From Verrucomicrobiota bacterium (GTDB lineage Bacteria; Verrucomicrobiota; Verrucomicrobiia; Verrucomicrobiales; DEV007): DNA of 55,181 nt. A model generated the notes under the pieces. The model was given only the letters and a program-made list of their open reading frames with translations, made no database searches and was not told the DNA's origin. Below are positions 46,491 to 55,181 of this stretch, in pieces. Numbering within the stretch: position 1 is the stretch's first letter; every line of letters starts with the position of its first letter. The stretch spans positions 1 to 55,181 of the forward strand of contig JASFYY010000067.1 of assembly GCA_045046875.1 (NCBI GenBank), given 5' to 3'. The translations under genes were made by a program, and so were the position numbers.

Positions 46491-49400
46491 CTATTCCTTC
46501 TTTTTACTGTCCGGTTTTTCGTCTTTGAGGATGCGGGAGAGTTTGATTTGTTTGAAGGTTACGGGGTATTTGGTGTTGGCCAGGGTGAAGCTGCCGTCGT
46601 CTCCTTCGAGGCCCTTTTTTTCGTTGGCGATCAGGAGTTTTTCGCCGTTGACGTAGAAGATGCTCATGTCACCGCGGCGCATGATTTTGAGTCGGTAATC
46701 CTTGCCGGGTTCGACTTTGCTTTTGTGTAGTGTGCCTTTGCTGCGTTCGTCGCCGTTCACCCGGTAAAGCAGCCAGAAGCCGTCGCTGCGCAGCAGTATT
46801 TTTGCACCGCGAAAACTAATTCCGCCCCAACCGCCCGGTTGGTCGCTATGAGGAGTGAGGGTGGCTTCGACGATCATGTCCCCTTCGAGTTGGCGATTGA
46901 GTTTCACGCTTTGGGAACTTTTGCCCCCGAGGGTCATTCCGTCTTTGTCGAGCAGGTTGGATTTGGCGGGTAATTCCCAATTCTGCTCGCTTTGTTGAGC
47001 ATTGCTGAAATCCTCGTTGAATTCAGGTGTGGTTTTGACCGCTTCTTTGATCAGTTGCGGCAGCACCCGGATCGCTCGGGAGTGGATACGGCGGTAGGCG
47101 TCGGCGTAGTGGCCGGTTTTGTTTTGCTGTTTGATCTTTTGCAGCATTTCCTTGGCGAGCTCAAATTCGCCGTTCCATTTTTCCAGATAAACAACGGTTT
47201 TGCTGATTGAGGCTTGTTGTTCGTCCAGCCATTTCTGGTTCTCCGGCTGCAAGGTCATTTTTACTTTTACCGCTTCGACCTGCTGACCCTTGATCAAATA
47301 AGCACGCAGTTGGTAGGGCTGGAGAGTTTGTCTGAGATGACCATGAGACATGGCCAGATCTGAAGCTTCGCCGAGATCGCGGATGCCCTTGATGGGTTTG
47401 GAAAAAGCGATCTCGGTTTCCACTGGCCACGGCAGCAGGTTGACTTGGTAAAGATAGGTTCCTTTGGCGGTGGTCATGAATCGAGCGGTGACCGGATCCT
47501 GCATTTGCGGCACGTCTTGGTAACGACCAGCTGGCAGGGCGCGGAAATTGCGGATGAATTCGCGGCTGACCTCTTCCCGTCCCATGGTGCCGAGCGGTTG
47601 GGCGCCGGCGAAGATGGTCTCAGGATTCTGGGCAGCCATGGCGATGGAGAAATTAGCGAGAAAATTTCGCCCTGCGGCTTTGGGATCCGAGTTCTGGAAG
47701 TAGGAGGCGTATTTTTCGGGATTCAGGGAATTCATGAAGGACTCGAAATAGACATAATAGAGTGAGGAGACTCCCTGACCCTTGTTACGGAAAGGGCGGA
47801 ACAGTGAGGTGTTGGTGGTCAGCTCGAAGTTCAAATTTTGGGCGTTGTGAGTCCAGTGTTTGTCATGGCGAGATTCGGTGGGCACGATCAGCGGAGTGAT
47901 GCTGACGGAATCAATGGCGTCGATAGCATCGAGGTCCAGTGCGAAGTGTTGGTAACAGTGGTCTTTGAGATCAAAACTCTCGACACTTTTCTCTTTGCTG
48001 TGGCGGGCCTGCTGCCATTTTCGAGTGAGGTTGATATTCAGGCGCGCACCTTTTTTGGCCTGTTGCAAACGGGTGCTGATTTCCAGGATCATGTTGCGGT
48101 TGATCTGCTCCCGCCAGGTCAGCCATTCGTTTTTCCCTGGGCCAGTGAGATAGTCATAGCGTTGGGAAAAACGCTTAGGGTCTTTGTTGTCCACCGGAAC
48201 CTTGTTGCCGCTGTCTTTTTCAAAAACCGCTATGGTGTAGTCGCCGTAGCCTTTTTCCAGGTCGGTAAAAAAGACCGGGGTGTGCATCCATAGGTTGATG
48301 CCTTTGAACGCGGCATGGCCGCCGAAGCGTTTGAGGATATCATCGATCTGCGAGAGGAATTTTTTTCTCACCTCGGGGTGAGAGGGGTTATTGCCGTAGG
48401 AGTTGGGCGCGCCATAGACGATGACTTTGCCATGGTTATTATAAATGAAATGCCCAGCTTCGATTAAGGGCTTTTGTTCTTCCGGGGATCGGTTGAGGTC
48501 ATCGGCGATGGTGTAGAGGTTGATGGCGGGGAAAAAACTTTGCTGGCGATCTTCCATCATATCCAAGAGCAAGTTGATCCAACCGGTCACCCGCATACGG
48601 CCTCCGGCGTTGTTGACCGGAGCGCGGTCGAGGTGACTCCAACTGTAGCGCAGCACGGGATAAGAGAGGGCGTTCTGTCCGGTGTAGTCGTTGTAGTCGA
48701 GCAGGTTTTCGAAGATTTGCAGGGCGTGAGTGTAACGCAGTGCGGAAGATTTTTGAGGAGCCATCAGAATCTCGAAGCTTTGGTCTTCGTCGAGGTGACC
48801 GATGTTGCGTGTGGGCAGTCCTCGGGGGATTTCGATTGCCAGTTTGGGCAGGCGTTTTGCCAGGGTGTAGATTTTCAATCTCGACACCGCGGCGGGCAAA
48901 CCATCGACCAGGGTGCGCACTTCGAACAGATAGTGTTTGGATTCGGGATAAAAGAGGTAGCGGGTTTTTTGCATGAAACCGCTGTTGGGGTATTCCCCAC
49001 CGACCTGCACTCCGCCGGACAGGCGGTCGCGGTGCTGTTTTCTTTTGGATTGTGTGAAGAGGTAAAAAGACATCGCGCGTTCTTTGTCGTCCGGCCATTC
49101 GATCTCCACCACCAGCGGTGCTCCGGTGATTTTGAGTTCGGGCACTTCCACTGCGATGCGGTCCCACTTTTTGTCTCCGGCTTCCACGTAGGATCCGTGA
49201 CCAGCGAGTTTTTTTACTGACGAAGGCACGTTCTCTCTGAAGTCATTTTGTTTGAGCGTCAGGTCGATATCGACCAGGCATTCTCCTAATTCCAGGCCTT
49301 CACTCGAAGTGGCGGCGGCTTTTTGTGGTTGGTAGGAAGTGATAGGAAAACTGCGTTGCCAGTTTCCTTGATCGGTTTCCACGCGGCATTGCAGGCGGTA

Positions 49401-50396
49401 GTCGCCGACTGCCAATTCGGGCACTGGTAATTGGATATTCCGGGAGCTGTCGGCGGGGATTTGCTGTTGCCAATGGGCGAGGCTGTTTTGATCCTTGTCT
49501 GAGATCAGATCCACAGTGAGTTTTTGTTTGCCTTTGGATGAAGGGGGGAGGGTGCTGTTGATATCGAGATTGATCTGCTCTATTTTTCCAGCGCGCAGGA
49601 ATCGGCGTTCGAGGGTGAAGTTGATCGGGGCGTATGCTCTGAATTGGGATTCGATCTCGATCCGATCGAGGCAAGTTGAATAAATTTTAAATTCATCAAA
49701 AGCCGCTTCAACTACCTGGGTCGGACTTTCTCCACCGAGGATGAAATAAGTGATGTCATCGAGAGCGACCTGCCCGCTGCGATAGACGGGCATGCCGTTC
49801 AGGTAGAGGCGGCGGCCGTCTTTTTGGTTCCAGCTCACAGCGATATGCCACCAGTCGTTTTTCATCCAGGTGTTGCGGGATTTCCATTGCAGGTTGGGAG
49901 AAACTTTGCCATCCGCGGCGGCGAGATCACAGCGCAGCCAGTTCCACATCCACAACCAGATCTTGCGCTGGTTTTGTTTTTTGCCGTCAATTTCAGTGGG
50001 TGCGAAGGCGGAGAAAAAACGGTAGTTTTCATCCTTGTTGCTTTGATCTGCGGCGAGCCCGTCCCAGTCGGGTTTGACCCAGAATGAAACCGTGCCGGCT
50101 TGTGAGGCGAAAAGTTGATTGGCCTCGTATTTGAGCGAGGAGGCGATTTTCTTGCCGTCCTTTTCTCCTTGGCCGAGATAGAGCGCCGAGCCGTGCACGC
50201 CTTCGACAAAACGCAGTTTTTTTTGCGCAGCTTCTATGGGCGATTGTTTTTTTCCATCGCGCAGCAGGGCTTCGGCGGTGTTATCAAAAGAAAGCTGGAA
50301 GACCGGTTCAGTTGTTCCAGGTGCTGCTTGCAGTTCGGTGGGCGTGTGAAGAACCAGCAGGGTGATGCCGCTGAGCAGAGAGAGGGAAAATTTCAT
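46491..50396 (-). CDS. Large exported protein: LamG-like domain + putative glycoside hydrolase TIM barrel + C-terminal lectin-like domain
   Basis: Signal peptide; GTVSFWVKPDW, WWHIAVSW and DEFKIY (LamG); NPSHPEVR..F...GINL-type GH-like core. Confidence 0.7.
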   Translation of the reverse strand: MKFSLSLLSGITLLVLHTPTELQAAPGTTEPVFQLSFDNTAEALLRDGKKQSPIEAAQKKLRFVEGVHGSALYLGQGEKDGKKIASSLKYEANQLFASQAGTVSFWVKPDWDGLAADQSNKDENYRFFSAFAPTEIDGKKQNQRKIWLWMWNWLRCDLAAADGKVSPNLQWKSRNTWMKNDWWHIAVSWNQKDGRRLYLNGMPVYRSGQVALDDITYFILGGESPTQVVEAAFDEFKIYSTCLDRIEIESQFRAYAPINFTLERRFLRAGKIEQINLDINSTLPPSSKGKQKLTVDLISDKDQNSLAHWQQQIPADSSRNIQLPVPELAVGDYRLQCRVETDQGNWQRSFPITSYQPQKAAATSSEGLELGECLVDIDLTLKQNDFRENVPSSVKKLAGHGSYVEAGDKKWDRIAVEVPELKITGAPLVVEIEWPDDKERAMSFYLFTQSKRKQHRDRLSGGVQVGGEYPNSGFMQKTRYLFYPESKHYLFEVRTLVDGLPAAVSRLKIYTLAKRLPKLAIEIPRGLPTRNIGHLDEDQSFEILMAPQKSSALRYTHALQIFENLLDYNDYTGQNALSYPVLRYSWSHLDRAPVNNAGGRMRVTGWINLLLDMMEDRQQSFFPAINLYTIADDLNRSPEEQKPLIEAGHFIYNNHGKVIVYGAPNSYGNNPSHPEVRKKFLSQIDDILKRFGGHAAFKGINLWMHTPVFFTDLEKGYGDYTIAVFEKDSGNKVPVDNKDPKRFSQRYDYLTGPGKNEWLTWREQINRNMILEISTRLQQAKKGARLNINLTRKWQQARHSKEKSVESFDLKDHCYQHFALDLDAIDAIDSVSITPLIVPTESRHDKHWTHNAQNLNFELTTNTSLFRPFRNKGQGVSSLYYVYFESFMNSLNPEKYASYFQNSDPKAAGRNFLANFSIAMAAQNPETIFAGAQPLGTMGREEVSREFIRNFRALPAGRYQDVPQMQDPVTARFMTTAKGTYLYQVNLLPWPVETEIAFSKPIKGIRDLGEASDLAMSHGHLRQTLQPYQLRAYLIKGQQVEAVKVKMTLQPENQKWLDEQQASISKTVVYLEKWNGEFELAKEMLQKIKQQNKTGHYADAYRRIHSRAIRVLPQLIKEAVKTTPEFNEDFSNAQQSEQNWELPAKSNLLDKDGMTLGGKSSQSVKLNRQLEGDMIVEATLTPHSDQPGGWGGISFRGAKILLRSDGFWLLYRVNGDERSKGTLHKSKVEPGKDYRLKIMRRGDMSIFYVNGEKLLIANEKKGLEGDDGSFTLANTKYPVTFKQIKLSRILKDEKPDSKKKE

Positions 50397-50437
50397 CCGC
50401 GAGGGTAGGTCGTCCCAGCGGTGGAGACAAGCGAAGA

Positions 50438-53400
50438 TCAATCCTGGTAGTAGATCTTTACATAATCACTGGCGTTGAGGGGCAGGGAAAAAGCGATTTG
50501 GTTTTCGTTCTGCTGGAAGTTGATTTGGCCGTGATAGATGCTTTCGACGGATTTGATTGGGCGGTCGACTTTCAGAGTGAAGTCCGCTTGGTTAATTTCC
50601 TCTAAGGTGTAATTGGAGAGAGGAATGATGATGCCTTGGGGAGCGTGCATGACCACAGCGTCCACCAGCGGAACGGAGCAGGTCAGCGGCGGGGTGACCT
50701 TTGCTGATCGCACGGGAGTAAGGATGAAATCGCGCACATCAGCGGGGTAGTCCCAGGGATTTCGGGAGCGCTCGAGGCGGGTCTTGGGTTCAATGGCGAC
50801 GAGATCTTCTGCTGAAATAATGACCGGAGGAGCGGGGTGGGCTGAAGCTGGGCTTTGTTTGACTTTGGGGCCTTGTAATTTGATCCGCGCGGCTTCGGCT
50901 TTTTTGATGTAGTCGAGGGCGGGAAGGAATCCGAGGCAGAAGACTTTCCCTTTACCTGTTGCAGCAGAAACGGCAGCGGGGGTGCCGTCTTGGAAGGTTG
51001 CCAGAATATTGGATCCGTCTTTGGCGGTGAGAGCTTGACGCAGCGATAAGGTATCCATGGAAAGGCCGTCGGCTTTCACACTGTCCTGGGACTTGAGGGT
51101 GTATAACCCCGAACCGGACGAGAGGTAAGCTTGCAGGGTTTCGACGCTTGCGCGTTTGGCGGGAAGCAGCGCATCGAGGGTGTGCAAGGGGCGGTTGTAT
51201 TCGTCACGGCTGGCGGCTGCGGCGGTGAGGAAAAGGGTGCCGCCTTGTTCGACCCAGTTTTTTAGTTGGGCGGCGGTGGTTCGGGTGAGGTTGGGGCCGG
51301 AGAGGTAACAGACTTTGTAATCCTTGAGCAAATTATCATCGACTTGCTGTTCGGAAATAAAATCCACCGGGATCTGGGCATGGGCGAGTGCCATCCAAGT
51401 GTGCATGCGGTTGAAGCCGTAGGCAGAATTGCGTTTCAGCATCCAGGCGTCGGTGGAGGATGAATAGAGGATAGCGACTTCGGCGGGCTTGGGCATGGCG
51501 GGTAACAGCAGGTCTTCCGCGCCGCCGATTTCTCGCACCACTTCGGCGTTGGCGCGCCAGGTGTGCGGGTGAGCATACCAGGTGTGGCTTTTCCAGAAGG
51601 GACCGCCTTCGTGACTGCCCCAGCTGACGCCGTAGGAGAAGTTTTTCAGGATTTTGACTCCGCGCGCTACTTCGCTGGCAGCTTTGGTTTTGATGTCCCA
51701 GGGTTTGCGTCCGGCGTGGGCGATGAGGTAATGACCGATGGTCTGTCCACGTTGGCGGGCCGCGGCACGCATCAGATCGACGTTGAATGCGCCGCATTGG
51801 TAGCTCGACGAACCGTTGGCCCAATCTTCTCCCCAGATGGCATTTTGGCCGTCGTCATTGAGCAGTTCGAAGTAGTCAACTCCCTGACCATAAAAGTTAG
51901 CGGTGTAAGTCGCGCCGTCGCTGAAGTTGACCAGAGTGGGGAAGGAGCGACCGTAGGCTTCTTTGATGATGTCGCGTTGGGTTGCCATAAAGTCACCGAG
52001 TGCGCGGGTGCGGAAGCGTTGGGTGAAATAATGTAGCGCGGGGAATTGATCGCGTTCGTTCTCGGCGACGGGTTTCACTTCGTTCCAGTTGTTGACCAAT
52101 AGATCGGCGGGAGTATTGCCGAGTTTTTTCAACCAGGCTTGGAAGGCTCTGAGGTAGCTCGGATCTTTGGCGATGAAAGCGGAGGGCTGACCGGTGGGTT
52201 CGTCGGTGAGAAAACAATAGACCACGTCGTCGAGCTTTTTTTCTTCTTTTTTGAAAATTTTGACTCGGGCAGCGATGTTCTTTTTCATCTTCTCGGTATC
52301 AGGATTGCAGAAGGAACCGTCTTTCATCAACCAGATGCCACCACCAAGATAAGATTTTTCCCGGTTCGAAAAGCCAAAATAGTCGAGGGTTTTCCACTCG
52401 CGATCTATGACGGATTGGTCGGGAAGGGTTCCATAACCGCCAATCTGGACGCTGACAAAAAACGGGAAGCGTTGCGGTTTTTTTCCCATGGTCGGCCAGG
52501 GGAACTGGTCGGCACGTTTGCCGGTTTCCTGAGCAAACTCGGCATCGCGTTTGAGCCGGCTGCGATTGAGCGGTGTGCTTAGGTTGGGTGGCACCACCAC
52601 CACCAAGCCGCCGGGCGTGCTGTCGGCATCCATGGTGCGCACGATGGATTTTTGATCGGGAGCGGAGGCAAATTCGAATTTGGCCAGCAGGCGTTCGGCT
52701 CTGTTTGCGTAGCTGTAACGGGCGGAGAAGTTGAGGATCGCTCCGTTGTCTTGATAGAGCATGGGGGTGATGTTGCACCAGGGCGTTTGCTCGCCGGATT
52801 TGAGCAGCTCCTCTTTTTTGGGCCGCAAGCCGGGCTGGGCACCAGCTTTGGATAGGCTGAAGTGTTGATACCACGGGGAGCGGTGGTGGTCGGCAAAAAC
52901 ATGGATCTGCAGCAGTTTTTCATAAATGTCGCCGAGGGTGATTCGCAGCCAGGTTTGTGGACCGTAGGCAAGGTGGTCAGGGATCAGATTTTTGTCGCTG
53001 GTGAGCAGCAGGCAGTCCACGTGGCGCACGTAGCCGGTGCTGTTTTTATTTTGATCCTTGCTGAGAGTCAGGGTGATCTCGCCTGCGGGCAAATCGAGAT
53101 CGAAGTGATCCCAGGCGTAATCCCAGTCCTGGATGTCTTTTTTGATTTTGTTATCAAAGGTCTTGCTGCCAAGGGTTTTGTCGTTTTGTGATACGCTCAG
53201 ATTGAAGTTTCCGCGCCAGCGGGCGTGGTAGTTGTGGCGCAACCAGATGCGGTAAGCGCCCGCCTGTTTGATGTTGAGAATTTTGTGCGCGGTGGAGTTT
53301 TTGGCTCCGGTGGCTCCGTGTAAGGTGGTCGCCAGCGAGGCGCGCCGGGCTTGGGAATTGTTTGAAATTTTCCAACCGTCACCGGAGGGAGTGAAGGTTT

Positions 53401-53473
53401 CGGCTTCGATGAAGTGGGTCTGTGCTGAGGCGGCGGTGACAAACAGGGATAGAATGAGGGCGAGGGTTTTCAT
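50438..53473 (-). CDS. Exported protein with GH42-like core and beta-galactosidase trimerisation (GATase-like) domain
   Basis: Signal peptide, EAE-type CBM start, LTDEP, AEVAILYS, IPVDFISE, LKNWVEQGGTL, GKGKV. Confidence 0.72.
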   Translation of the reverse strand: MKTLALILSLFVTAASAQTHFIEAETFTPSGDGWKISNNSQARRASLATTLHGATGAKNSTAHKILNIKQAGAYRIWLRHNYHARWRGNFNLSVSQNDKTLGSKTFDNKIKKDIQDWDYAWDHFDLDLPAGEITLTLSKDQNKNSTGYVRHVDCLLLTSDKNLIPDHLAYGPQTWLRITLGDIYEKLLQIHVFADHHRSPWYQHFSLSKAGAQPGLRPKKEELLKSGEQTPWCNITPMLYQDNGAILNFSARYSYANRAERLLAKFEFASAPDQKSIVRTMDADSTPGGLVVVVPPNLSTPLNRSRLKRDAEFAQETGKRADQFPWPTMGKKPQRFPFFVSVQIGGYGTLPDQSVIDREWKTLDYFGFSNREKSYLGGGIWLMKDGSFCNPDTEKMKKNIAARVKIFKKEEKKLDDVVYCFLTDEPTGQPSAFIAKDPSYLRAFQAWLKKLGNTPADLLVNNWNEVKPVAENERDQFPALHYFTQRFRTRALGDFMATQRDIIKEAYGRSFPTLVNFSDGATYTANFYGQGVDYFELLNDDGQNAIWGEDWANGSSSYQCGAFNVDLMRAAARQRGQTIGHYLIAHAGRKPWDIKTKAASEVARGVKILKNFSYGVSWGSHEGGPFWKSHTWYAHPHTWRANAEVVREIGGAEDLLLPAMPKPAEVAILYSSSTDAWMLKRNSAYGFNRMHTWMALAHAQIPVDFISEQQVDDNLLKDYKVCYLSGPNLTRTTAAQLKNWVEQGGTLFLTAAAASRDEYNRPLHTLDALLPAKRASVETLQAYLSSGSGLYTLKSQDSVKADGLSMDTLSLRQALTAKDGSNILATFQDGTPAAVSAATGKGKVFCLGFLPALDYIKKAEAARIKLQGPKVKQSPASAHPAPPVIISAEDLVAIEPKTRLERSRNPWDYPADVRDFILTPVRSAKVTPPLTCSVPLVDAVVMHAPQGIIIPLSNYTLEEINQADFTLKVDRPIKSVESIYHGQINFQQNENQIAFSLPLNASDYVKIYYQD

Positions 53474-53517
53474 GGGGACTTGATACTAGAGGCATATTCT
53501 GGCATTAAAAAGGATCT

Positions 53518-54390
53518 ATGAAAAGCTTGCATGAGAAAGTAGCCCACTGGTGCGTGAGTATCAGCTTTGTTTTACCTTTATTATTAAGCTCGTGTGTGAG
53601 CGACGGTGTGGGAGCTTCGGGGCAGGGGGCGTCGTCGTCCACGACTGGTGGCGGGCGGGGGATTCAGCTTAGCCGGTCGGAGGCCAATGCAATTGGGAGG
53701 AAGATCTGGCAGAATGAATGTGGCGGCACGGTGTCGGGGCTGACTTCGTGGAATGCGGGCGAGGATTTCCCTTCACTGGGCATCGGGCATTTCATTTGGT
53801 ATGTGGCTGGGCGGCGGGGACCTTTTGAGGAGAGCTTTCCGCAGTTGATCTCTTATATGAAAAAACGGGGCGTGAACATGCCGGGTTGGTTGGCGGGGCA
53901 AAAGGGCAGTCCGTGGAGGTCGCGAGCGGAGTTTAAAGATCAGGTGAACTCGTCGCAGATGAAGCAGCTGCGGACTTTTTTGTCGCAGACGGTGGCGGTG
54001 CAGACGGATTTTATTGTGCTGAGACTGGAACGGGCTTTGCCGAAGATGATGGCGGCGACGTCGGGTGGGGATCAGAAAAAACGGCTGCAGGCTTATTTTT
54101 ATGCGGTCGCTGAGTCAGGGCAGGGGGTGTATGCGCTGATTGATTATGTGAACTTCAAGGGAGAGGGCGTGAAGAGTGGTGAGAAATACAAGGGGCAGGG
54201 TTGGGGGCTGCGCGATGTGTTGTTGGAAATGCGCGGCCAGCCGAGAGGCGCGGCGGCGGCGAATGAGTTCAGTGAGGCGGCCAAGCGGGTGTTGCAACGG
54301 CGGGTGAGAAATGCGCCGAGTGGACGCGGGGAATCACGCTGGTTGCCGGGTTGGATGAATCGTTGCGAAACGTATAAACGCGGGGTGTGA
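53518..54390 (+). CDS. Conserved hypothetical lipoprotein
   Basis: Lipobox LSSC; IWQNEC...SWNAGEDFPSLGIGHFIW and DYVNFKGEG conserved-looking blocks. Confidence 0.75.
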   Translation: MKSLHEKVAHWCVSISFVLPLLLSSCVSDGVGASGQGASSSTTGGGRGIQLSRSEANAIGRKIWQNECGGTVSGLTSWNAGEDFPSLGIGHFIWYVAGRRGPFEESFPQLISYMKKRGVNMPGWLAGQKGSPWRSRAEFKDQVNSSQMKQLRTFLSQTVAVQTDFIVLRLERALPKMMAATSGGDQKKRLQAYFYAVAESGQGVYALIDYVNFKGEGVKSGEKYKGQGWGLRDVLLEMRGQPRGAAAANEFSEAAKRVLQRRVRNAPSGRGESRWLPGWMNRCETYKRGV

Positions 54391-54611
54391 TTGGGGGCGA
54401 AGTGGGACGCAATGGTATTGCCTGCGAGGTGCGTGGTTCGGGGAAACACGGATTGGGTTTGAGAAAATCGCACGCTTATTTTGGCGAAGCTTGCGCATAA
54501 CTTGTGGTGTTTGACCTTGACCTGCAAGGGAAGGACTGGCATAAAGGGAGATTATTTTTCAGGCGCATCAATATAGATCGCTGCCTTTCCCAACTCACAT
54601 CTCCTTATCCT

Positions 54612-55181
54612 ATGATATATCGTATCTATAATGCTGTATTTTTGGCAGTCACGCTATTGAGCTTATCTGCTGTGCAGGCGCAGGAGGGTGAGGACGCGGT
54701 TACGGCTGCGGGCAGTCAGGAACTTGATTCTAAAGATGTTTCAGCCAAGGCGGTGGCAGTGAGTGAAGTGCAGATGGGTTGGACGACTCAGGCGGTGCTT
54801 TCTTCTTACACTGGTGACAGCCATGCAGAGGGTTATATCGACCTGTTGATCCCTTTGTTGCAAAACGACAACGGCATGCTTTTTCTCTATCCTCGTTTTG
54901 GATTGAGCAGCGACATTGACCCTGGTTACAGCATGGGACTGGGAGTTCGCCATTATATCCCGGCGATTGATGCGATTATCGGTGCCAACGTTTTTTACGA
55001 CCGCTACGCCAGTCCTGGTGGAAATTATTACAATCAGCTTGGTTTGGGGCTCGAAGTGTTGACCCGCTGGGTGGATGCGCGTTTTAACTATTATATTCCT
55101 GATAGCAGCCCGAATGTGATCGATTCACAGAATGTGCGCTCTCGTTCGGTGGCCACATCGTCCGCCTGGGGACAGCCTTAT
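54612..55181 (+). CDS. Inverse autotransporter (intimin/invasin-type) beta-barrel protein, 3'-truncated
   Basis: Not in the ORF track because there is no stop in the window. Manual translation: MIYRIYNAVFLAVTLLSLSAVQAQ...DLLIPL...SMGLGVRH...IGANVFYD...NQLGLGLEV...DARFNYYIP. Confidence 0.82.
   Translation, partial: MIYRIYNAVFLAVTLLSLSAVQAQEGEDAVTAAGSQELDSKDVSAKAVAVSEVQMGWTTQAVLSSYTGDSHAEGYIDLLIPLLQNDNGMLFLYPRFGLSSDIDPGYSMGLGVRHYIPAIDAIIGANVFYDRYASPGGNYYNQLGLGLEVLTRWVDARFNYYIPDSSPNVIDSQNVRSRSVATSSAWGQPY

Noticed and set aside
7461..52874. Many long antisense or alternate-frame ORFs inside clear genes (e.g. 7461-8231, 37794-38588, 42834-43592, 43692-44468)
   Set aside because: Shadow ORFs expected from GC-rich codon usage; they have no family motifs.
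1..55181. tRNA, rRNA, IS transposase or prophage genes
   Set aside because: No recognisable signatures found by eye.

Overview
Bacterial chromosomal segment, probably from a marine Verrucomicrobiota (PVC) genome. This assignment is inferred from the PVC-type CxxCH haem protein, several sulfatases and large secreted glycan-active proteins. Positions 1-5856 are the distal end of an AT-rich, co-oriented integron gene-cassette array. It has about 10 attC-like sites, mostly ~126 bp and from one repeat family, separating 9 single-gene cassettes and one tiny near-empty cassette. No integrase gene is in the window. The attC sites are atypical: non-RYYYAAC/GTTRRRY cores that still match cassette by cassette, ORFs reading into attC, mini-ORFs in the loops, a conserved central loop motif, and 1-nt-short R' boxes. 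The rest is mostly housekeeping genes (pgsA, moaE, gnd, cyclophilin, amtB, tsaD, S41 protease, sucCD-gltA, M90 peptidase) and sulfatase/CAZyme-like genes. The intergenic spacers carry at least three dispersed repeat families: GTRG-headed REP-like doublets, 3x(9-10 nt) CACGGAT-type repeats, and TTGCTTGGGGTTTGACCCC-type repeats that bracket a low-GC sulfatase. An inverse-autotransporter gene runs off the right end.
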